DNA of 64,000 nucleotides. It comes from Ilumatobacteraceae bacterium (GTDB lineage: Bacteria > Actinomycetota > Acidimicrobiia > Acidimicrobiales > Ilumatobacteraceae). A program made the position numbers and the translations under genes. Position 1 is the stretch's first letter. The number at the start of each line of letters is the position of its first letter. The stretch covers positions 915 to 64,914 of the forward strand of contig JBPCJW010000142.1 in NCBI GenBank assembly GCA_051004915.1, in the 5' to 3' direction. Shown here one piece after another: positions 43,592 through 50,341 of the stretch. A model generated the notes under the pieces. The model saw only the letters and a list, made by a program, of their open reading frames with translations. It did not search any database and was not told the origin of the DNA.

Positions 43592-44703
43592 GAGCCAAGA
43601 GCGTCGACGACGATCGAGACAACGAGATCGACCTGCCCGTCGGTCATCGTGTGGAACGAGGGCAGGCACAGGATGCGCGCCGCAACGTCGTCGGCGACCG
43701 CGAGCCGCACCGGCTGCACGTAGTTCAGCTCGTTGAGGCCGGGCGAGAAGTACCGGCGCGGCATGACGTCCCTGGCGACAAGGGCATCGTGGACCTGCTC
43801 GCGATGGCCGGTGTCCTCGAACAGCACGGGCACGTAGGCGCGGTTCGGGTCGGCGCCCTCCCGGTCGGACTGGAACGTCAACCGCCCCTGCCGGCACAGA
43901 CCGTCGAAGCCGGCGGCGTACAGCTCGTAGATCTCGCTGCGGCGAGCGAGCAGGGCGTCCAGGTGCGCCAGGTTGCACAGGCCCATCGCAGCGTGCAGCT
44001 CGGAGCCCTTGGCGTTGATCCCCACCCCGTCGAACCGCGTGAAGTCGACGTGCCCGAAGTTGCGCATCCGCCCCATCGATTCGCGCAGCCCCATCGACTC
44101 AGTGAACAGACCACCACCCTCCACGGTGTGGAACAGCTTGGTGGCGTGGAAGCTGCACGTCGTGACGTCGCCGTAGGAGAAGACCGAACGGCCGCCGTAC
44201 GACGTGGCGAAGCTGTGCGCGCCGTCGTAGATCAAGGCCAACCCGCGCTGCGCGGCGAGCGCGGCGAGCGCGTCGACGTCGCACGGCGTGCCGAAGACGT
44301 GGGTGGCCAAGATGGCAGACGTCCGCGGCGTGATCGCCGCGTCGACGGCCGCCGGGTCGAGCGAGAACGTGCCGGCCTCGATGTCGGCGAACACGGGAGT
44401 GCAGCCCTCCCACACGACTGCGCTCGTGGTCGCGACGTAGGAGAACGGCGTCGTCACCACGTCGCCGGCGACGCCGAGGGCCTTGATCGCCACCTGCAAC
44501 GCGACCGTGCCGTTGGCGACGAACAGCGGGACGGCGACGTCGAGCCGCGCCGCCAGCGCGGCCTCCAGCTCGTGGACCAGCGGCCCGTTGTTGGTCAGCC
44601 AGCAGCGTTCGTAGATGCCGTCCAGGTACGCGTCGTACTCCCGGCGGGGCGGGAGGAACGGCTGCGTGACGGGGATCACGGTGCGCCGCCGTCGACTCGC
44701 CAC
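43588..44703 (-). CDS. DegT/DnrJ/EryC1/StrS-family PLP-dependent (sugar) aminotransferase
   Basis: IPVTQPFLPPRREY, NGTVALQVAIKAL, YDGAHSF, CSFHATKLFHTVEGGG (PLP-Lys motif SFHxxK). Confidence 0.88.
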   Translation of the reverse strand: MASRRRRTVIPVTQPFLPPRREYDAYLDGIYERCWLTNNGPLVHELEAALAARLDVAVPLFVANGTVALQVAIKALGVAGDVVTTPFSYVATTSAVVWEGCTPVFADIEAGTFSLDPAAVDAAITPRTSAILATHVFGTPCDVDALAALAAQRGLALIYDGAHSFATSYGGRSVFSYGDVTTCSFHATKLFHTVEGGGLFTESMGLRESMGRMRNFGHVDFTRFDGVGINAKGSELHAAMGLCNLAHLDALLARRSEIYELYAAGFDGLCRQGRLTFQSDREGADPNRAYVPVLFEDTGHREQVHDALVARDVMPRRYFSPGLNELNYVQPVRLAVADDVAARILCLPSFHTMTDGQVDLVVSIVVDALGS

Positions 44704-44730
44704 TGGTGCTGGCCGACGGTGGTCGCCACG

Positions 44731-45909
44731 TCACATGCTCGGGATCTGGCGGGTGTCCACGACGAGCGGCGTCTTGTTCGTCGTCGGGCTGGTCACCAGC
44801 TCGTGCACCGTGACGAAGCGGACATCCCGTTCGACGGGTCCACCGGCGAGCACGTCGGTCAGGGCCTGGCGCTTCACATCCAGGTCGCCGGGCGCTGGGG
44901 CATCCGCCGGGACGACGAGCACGTCGACGCGGGTGCGTCGCTCGGCGTTCAGCGAGAGCTGGATCTGGAATGCCGTTGCACCGTCGACGACAGGGGCGAA
45001 GTCGCGCTCCGTCATCGACCGATGGTCGACGCGAAACGTGTATGCGCCGCGACCCTGCAGCTCGACGCACGGCTGGCCGTCCACCGTGACGAGGCGACCG
45101 CGATCACCGTTGCGGTAGCGCAGCACGGGAAACCGACGTTTGATCGTGTTGGTCACGACGATGTTGCCGATGCCGTCAGCGTCCGGGTCCTCGATCTCGA
45201 TGTGCACGATCTCGTGGACGATCCGGTACTGCGCCCCGTCCCGGCTGAGATCGCACCATCCCCACGAGCCGTTCTCCACGGATGCGTACACGCCGTAGAC
45301 CTGCTCGACGCCGAGTGCGCGGCGCAGCTCGTCCAGGTAGTCGGACGACATGACCTCGCCGCCGAAGGCGAGGCGCGGGATGCGCACGTCGAGTCCGTTG
45401 GCGCTGACGTAGGCGGCGAACTGGAACAGTCGCGACGGCGTGCCGACCGCCATGTCGGGCCCGAGGCGACGGCAGAAGTTGACGACGAACTCGTCCGGTG
45501 TGATCGCGCCGAGCCCGATCGACGTGGCGTCGCAGCGCTCCAGCAGGTCGTCGAAGATCGACGCCGACCGGTAGAGGTGCTTGTAGTTGAAGAGGTTGAC
45601 GGCGACCGTCGTCGGCGTGAAGATCCCGGCCGCCAGCAGGTGGTCGGCCATCGCCTGGCGCTGGCGGCGGTTCTCGTCGATGCCGAGCGGCACGAGCAAC
45701 GCCTCCGACAACGTGCCACCGGTACGCAGCAGGTACACGCCGGTCTGCTCGCGGCGCAGGTCGAAGTTGCGTTCGATCAGTGAGCGCAGCTCGGCCCGGC
45801 CGATGATCGGCACGTCGGCGAATTGCTCACACCCGTCGACGTGACCGGCGAGGAACGGTGACGAACGAACCTCGTGGAACAGCCACTCCAGCTCCTCCGG
45901 CGTGCTCAC
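44731..45909 (-). CDS. PaaK/CapK-like adenylate-forming enzyme (F390-synthetase family)
   Basis: 392 aa. LLRTGGTLSEA (degenerate TSGTTG P-loop), GGEVMSSDYLDELRR, VLRYRNGDRG (Y.TGD-type motif). GTG 45909 follows GAGGGTGG. The family call is from motif and size resemblance. Confidence 0.6.
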   Translation of the reverse strand: MSTPEELEWLFHEVRSSPFLAGHVDGCEQFADVPIIGRAELRSLIERNFDLRREQTGVYLLRTGGTLSEALLVPLGIDENRRQRQAMADHLLAAGIFTPTTVAVNLFNYKHLYRSASIFDDLLERCDATSIGLGAITPDEFVVNFCRRLGPDMAVGTPSRLFQFAAYVSANGLDVRIPRLAFGGEVMSSDYLDELRRALGVEQVYGVYASVENGSWGWCDLSRDGAQYRIVHEIVHIEIEDPDADGIGNIVVTNTIKRRFPVLRYRNGDRGRLVTVDGQPCVELQGRGAYTFRVDHRSMTERDFAPVVDGATAFQIQLSLNAERRTRVDVLVVPADAPAPGDLDVKRQALTDVLAGGPVERDVRFVTVHELVTSPTTNKTPLVVDTRQIPSM

Positions 45910-45970
45910 GGACCACCACCCTCAGGCCCCCGCCCCCGCCCATCCTGAGGCCCCGGCCGCCGCCCACCCG

Positions 45971-46077
45971 GCGCGATGAGGGATGAGTGGTCATACGACG
46001 CACATCGCTCATCGCTGGGCCGGGCTCCCGAGGGCGATGAGCGATGTGCGGCCAGACGGCACTCATCGCTCATCGCG
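45971..46077. repeat. structured palindromic repeat, family 1, copy 2
   Basis: Same architecture as 2231..2336. The outer arms are gcgcgatgagggatgagtgg and cactcatcgctcatcgcg. The inner perfect 10-bp stem, cgctcatcgc (46006-46015) with gcgatgagcg (46034-46043), again encloses an 18-nt loop, but the loop sequence differs. Confidence 0.9.
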
Positions 46078-46092
46078 TGGTGCGCTCACGGC

Positions 46093-47367
46093 TCATCGCG
46101 CTGGTTCGGTGGCGATCATCGTCGGGACCAGGACGGCGCGATCGCCGGCGACGTTGATCACCGACTCCGCCGACGCCCGGAACAGGCCGGGCCCGAAGGG
46201 CACCCCGTCGAAGCCGGGCAGCAGTCCGACGACATGCGCTGGCTGTTCGACCAGCTCGCCTGCATCCGTGAGCATCGGCATCGGCACGACGAGCTGTGGG
46301 ACGAACGCCTGCGCCGCCCGGTCGTCCGACTCGTGCTCGACGGCGTGGAGCCAGGTCGGCGGATCGCACGCCGCGCCGACCAGCAGGTCGATCCCCCGGC
46401 CCGAGCTGTTGCGCTTGAGCACCCAGTCAGCGGGCTCGGCGCGCAGCCGATCGGCGATCGAGGGGTCGCCGGCGTGGAACGTCGGGATGATGTGGTCCGA
46501 CAACACGTCGACCGAGGCGGGGTCGAGCAGGTCGGACATGATCGAGCGATCCCCCAGGACGGCGAGCATGCGCTTGTCGTGGCCGAGGATCAAGGTCCGC
46601 ACGTCGTTGAACGTGCGGTCGCAGGCCACAAGGGCCGCGAACAGATCGGGCGGCATCTCGAGCAGCTCGTCTCGCTCCAGCTCGAGGATGAACTGGGCGA
46701 CCGGCTCGCTCCCGTCGACGATCACGCCACGCTCGACGCGCAGCTGGTCCGGCCGGCGAGCTCGGGCGTCGATGCCGACACGGCGCAACTCGTCGACGAG
46801 GAGGAAGATCTCGTTGCCGCCCTCCCGGTCGAGGAGGACCACGAGCGGCCCCGGCTCGAAGCGCGACGCAAGGGCATCGATCGCCTGCCGCAGACCCACC
46901 ACGGCCCGCACCGCGGCACCGGTCAGGTAGCCAAGACCTTCGACCACTTCGTTGGTGTAGTAGCTGCACAGGAACCCGTTCGTGGGGAACCGGGCGTTGA
47001 CCTCGCAGACCTGGGCGACGCCGTCGACGTCGATCAGGAAGTCCGGGCGCAGCGCGCCGGTGCGATACGGGAGGCCATCGACTCGCTCGAGTAGCTCGAC
47101 GAGGGGGCCAGGCAGGGCCAGCACCCGGCGCAGCCGGCCGTCGGAGAGGTACCGCGCGATGACCCGCTCGATGCCGACGGCGATGGCGCGGTACAGACGG
47201 TCGAGGAGGGCGGCGTCGGGCGCGCCGAGGGTCAGCGGATACGGCGCGGTGCGATCGGCGTACCACCCCATCGACGGTGCGACCGAGCGCACCGCCTTGT
47301 CCAGCTCGGCCCGATCACGGCGGAAAGTGGCTGCGTCCGGCGGCCACACCGGCACCGTCGGGCGCAT
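46093..47367 (-). CDS. hypothetical ligase, possibly ATP-grasp / glutathionylspermidine-synthase-like
   Basis: ATG 47367 lies 7 nt after the upstream stop. RPDFLIDVDGVAQVCEVNARFPTNGF and WVLKRNSSGRGIDLLVG resemble nucleotide-binding strands of GspS-like or circularly permuted ATP-grasp enzymes. Coding confidence is high, function confidence low. Confidence 0.45.
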   Translation of the reverse strand: MRPTVPVWPPDAATFRRDRAELDKAVRSVAPSMGWYADRTAPYPLTLGAPDAALLDRLYRAIAVGIERVIARYLSDGRLRRVLALPGPLVELLERVDGLPYRTGALRPDFLIDVDGVAQVCEVNARFPTNGFLCSYYTNEVVEGLGYLTGAAVRAVVGLRQAIDALASRFEPGPLVVLLDREGGNEIFLLVDELRRVGIDARARRPDQLRVERGVIVDGSEPVAQFILELERDELLEMPPDLFAALVACDRTFNDVRTLILGHDKRMLAVLGDRSIMSDLLDPASVDVLSDHIIPTFHAGDPSIADRLRAEPADWVLKRNSSGRGIDLLVGAACDPPTWLHAVEHESDDRAAQAFVPQLVVPMPMLTDAGELVEQPAHVVGLLPGFDGVPFGPGLFRASAESVINVAGDRAVLVPTMIATEPAR

Positions 47368-47374
47368 CGGGGCG

Positions 47375-48226
47375 TTACACCATCTGGACGGCGCGGGCAC
47401 CGAGACCGGCGCGATCGAGCTGGTCGACGATCGACTGCATGGCGGCCGTCTTGTGCTCGAGGTAGGTCGCCACGGTGGAGCGCACGGCGCCGGCATCGAG
47501 TGTTCGGCCGGCACCGACGAGGTACGCCTCGATGGCGTCGACGGCATGACGGAAGTGATCCAGCTCGGTGCCGTCGCAGTGCACCTCGATCCACAGCAGT
47601 GCCCTGCGCCGATCGACATCGGACCAGCCACGCGCGATCAACCAGTCGTTGAACAGTGGCCGCAGCAGCTCGACCTCGGCGTGGGTGTAGATCTCGTGGA
47701 CGACCGTGGCCAGGATGCCGGTCAACAGGTCGTCCTCGACCAGGTTGCAACGGTCCTTCCACTGCTTGAACGCGGCCGCCTCCGGCGTGAGGTAGCGCTT
47801 CGATTGCCACTCGTCGCCGCCGCTCAGCGTGGTCGCCATCGCATAGAAGAGGTCGGCGTGCAGCAGGCCGTTGCCGACGCCGAGGTCCTCGTCGCAGATC
47901 CGGTGCAGGCTGACGAGCGAGCGGACCAGTGCGGCGGGGTCAGCCACTGCGCCGTCACGTAGCTGCAGAGTGATCCGGTTGCCGAGCCCGGACACGCACA
48001 TCGCGCTGTGGTTGGTCATGCTCCACGAACGGAAGTACCAGCGCAGGCCCTCGTCACCCGGCGACAGCTCGATGACCTGGCGGAACGCGTCCTCGATCGT
48101 CTCCAGCGAGTGGTGCGCCGACGGCGTCGAGATGGCGTCGGTCAGCGCGCGGCGCAAAACAGCGTCAACGACGTCATCCAGCTCGACGCTGATGAGCTGC
48201 TGCAACTGAGGTTCCACCGTCCGCAT
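47375..48226 (-). CDS. hypothetical protein, possibly a heme-oxygenase-like (TenA/PqqC/HDO fold) iron enzyme
   Basis: 283 aa and predicted all-helical by composition. Candidate metal ligand motifs are VVHEIYTHAEVE and EVHCDGTELDHFRH (H-x4-E-x2-H, close to the H-x3-D-x2-H of HDO/CADD-type proteins). Function is speculative. Confidence 0.4.
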   Translation of the reverse strand: MRTVEPQLQQLISVELDDVVDAVLRRALTDAISTPSAHHSLETIEDAFRQVIELSPGDEGLRWYFRSWSMTNHSAMCVSGLGNRITLQLRDGAVADPAALVRSLVSLHRICDEDLGVGNGLLHADLFYAMATTLSGGDEWQSKRYLTPEAAAFKQWKDRCNLVEDDLLTGILATVVHEIYTHAEVELLRPLFNDWLIARGWSDVDRRRALLWIEVHCDGTELDHFRHAVDAIEAYLVGAGRTLDAGAVRSTVATYLEHKTAAMQSIVDQLDRAGLGARAVQMV

Positions 48227-48441
48227 GCTGTCCTTTCGAGTTTTGGTCTGGCCGTTCGGAGCTCTTGGCGAGGTGCCGCCTCTCCGGCCGCGCTGGTCAG
48301 CTCGCTCGATCGATCGGGTTGTCTACCACAATCGAACGGCGAAACGGTGGAACCCCAGGTCAGCTTCGTCCCTCCCGTTGGAGCGCAGCCCGGCGGCGCC
48401 GGCGTGGCTGTCTCGGGGTCCGTCTCCGCGAGGATCGGGTC

Positions 48442-50286
48442 GTGATCTCGACCGGCGGCGGCGCACGCACGCTCTTCGGCGCCACCGCCGCGCTGCGCCA
48501 GCTGCTCGACCGTCGGACGCAGCGACGGCTGGTCCTGTGCGTCGTCGCATCGGTCGGGATCGCGCTCATCGAGATCGCCGGGCTGGTGGTCATCATCCCC
48601 CTTTTGACGATCCTCGCCGAGGGCAGCCTGCCCACACAGGGCGTGTCGGCCGAGATCGTCGGGTGGACGGGATCGAGCGACCCGGACACGGTCGTGCTGA
48701 TCCTCACGGCCGTCGCCTTCGGGTGCTTCGCGCTGCGTGCTGCGTCGACGCTCGTCGTGCGCTGGTGGATCTTCGGGCGGATCTTCGAAGACGAGGCGCG
48801 CACCTCGGCCCGGCTGCTGCGTCGTTTCCTGTCCGCGCCGTACGTCTTCCACCTGCGCACCAACTCGACCCAGCTCCTGCGCACGCTGACGTTGAGCGTC
48901 GACCAGACCTACAGCCGGGTGATCATCGGGCTGATCACGATCGCCGTCGAGCTGGTGGTCGCGGTGGGCACGGCGGTCGTGCTGGCGATCAGTGAACCGC
49001 TGGCGGCGCTCGCCCTGGTGGTGTACTTCGCGGTGGCGACCCTCGCCATCGCCCGCGCCGTGTCGGCCCGCAGCCGGCGCGTCGGGCTGCGCTTCCAGCA
49101 GCACAACGCCGAGGTGCTGAAGGAGGCGACCCAGGCCTTCGGAGCGTTCAAGCACATCCAGCTCGGCGGGCACGAGGACCACTTCGTGGCCCGCTTGGAG
49201 GAGGTCCGCCGGCAGTCGTCGGACACCAAGCGCAAGATCCAGTTTCTCGCCGAGGTGCCGAGGCAGTACTTCGAGCTGGCCTTCGTCGTCGGGATCGGCC
49301 TGATGATCATGATCGTCTCGGTGCTCCAGGGCTCGTCGTCGGTCGTCGCCGCCATCGGCTTGTTCGCCGTCGCCGGGTTCCGTCTGCTCCCCGGGCTGGT
49401 GCGCATCTCCAACAGCAACCAGAACATGCAGAGCGCGCTGCCGGCGCTGCAGCTCGTGCTCGATGCGTTGGCGCTGCCGGCGATGCCGGCCGACCCGGTG
49501 TCGATCGATCCGGCCGACGTGTTCACCGAGCAGTTGCGGGTGCACGATGTCTCGTTTCGCTACCCGGAGACCGAGGTCGACGCCCTGCGCGACATCGACC
49601 TGGAGGTCGCTCCCGGCGACTCCGTCGCGCTGGTCGGCCCGTCGGGCGCCGGGAAGAGCACGTTGATCGACGTGATCATCGGCCTCCACCCGCCGACCAG
49701 CGGTGAGGTGCTGATCGACGGCCGGCCGGCCGGCGACATCCGCACTGCGTGGCAGCGCGGCATCGGGTTGGTCCCGCAGGACATCTTCCTGCTCGACGCC
49801 ACGATCGCCGAGAACATCGCCTTCGGTGACCGCCTCGACGAGATCGACAAGGCGCAGTTGGACGAGACCGTCGCCATGGCCCAGCTCGACGACCTGGTCG
49901 CCGAGCTGCCGGCGGGACTGCAAACGATCGTCGGCGAACGGGGCGTGCGGCTGTCCGGCGGCCAACGCCAACGGCTCGGCATCGCCAGGGCGCTGTACGG
50001 CCGGCCCCGCCTGCTGGTGCTGGACGAGGCGACCTCGGCGCTCGACTCGGTGACCGAGGCGCGGATCACCGGGACGCTGCGTGGGCTGCGCGGCCGCCTG
50101 ACGATGATCACGATCGCCCATCGCCTGTCAACGGTGCGCGCCGCCGACCGGCTGGTGCTGATGGACGAGGGGCGGATCATCGACACAGGTCCGTTCGAGC
50201 AGCTGCGCGACCGCAACACGTCGTTCCGCCACCTCGTCGAGGTCGCCGAGATGACCTCGTCCCTCCGAACCGACACCAACGGCTGA
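48442..50286 (+). CDS. ABC exporter, fused permease-ATPase (MsbA/type IV half-transporter)
   Basis: GTG 48442. Six-TM N-terminal domain, Walker A GPSGAGKST, signature LSGGQRQR, Walker B LLVLDEATSALD. Confidence 0.9.
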   Translation: MISTGGGARTLFGATAALRQLLDRRTQRRLVLCVVASVGIALIEIAGLVVIIPLLTILAEGSLPTQGVSAEIVGWTGSSDPDTVVLILTAVAFGCFALRAASTLVVRWWIFGRIFEDEARTSARLLRRFLSAPYVFHLRTNSTQLLRTLTLSVDQTYSRVIIGLITIAVELVVAVGTAVVLAISEPLAALALVVYFAVATLAIARAVSARSRRVGLRFQQHNAEVLKEATQAFGAFKHIQLGGHEDHFVARLEEVRRQSSDTKRKIQFLAEVPRQYFELAFVVGIGLMIMIVSVLQGSSSVVAAIGLFAVAGFRLLPGLVRISNSNQNMQSALPALQLVLDALALPAMPADPVSIDPADVFTEQLRVHDVSFRYPETEVDALRDIDLEVAPGDSVALVGPSGAGKSTLIDVIIGLHPPTSGEVLIDGRPAGDIRTAWQRGIGLVPQDIFLLDATIAENIAFGDRLDEIDKAQLDETVAMAQLDDLVAELPAGLQTIVGERGVRLSGGQRQRLGIARALYGRPRLLVLDEATSALDSVTEARITGTLRGLRGRLTMITIAHRLSTVRAADRLVLMDEGRIIDTGPFEQLRDRNTSFRHLVEVAEMTSSLRTDTNG

Positions 50287-50341
50287 TACCGCGACCGAAG
50301 CGAGCCACCAGCACACCCTGCCCCTCTACCCTTGGCCGTCT

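Noticed and set aside
43538-43723. Plus-strand ORF MRDKTVLLIHSIEDSVVHEPRAS... in the low-GC spacer, with an AAGGAG at 43514-43519
   Set aside because: The AAGGAG is 18 nt from the ATG, which is too far. Most of the ORF runs antisense through the 3' end of the aminotransferase gene, and no motif was recognised.
45919-45950. 6C-type small RNA (C-rich hairpin loop on the plus strand)
   Set aside because: Only one C-rich loop hairpin is present and it has a short 7-bp stem. The 6C family has two such hairpins. The region is better explained as the G-rich leader/SD of the minus-strand gene.
47368-47631. Upstream extension of the 46093.. ORF to 47631
   Set aside because: It overlaps the 3' end of the HO-like gene in another frame. 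ATG 47367 lies 7 nt after that gene's stop.
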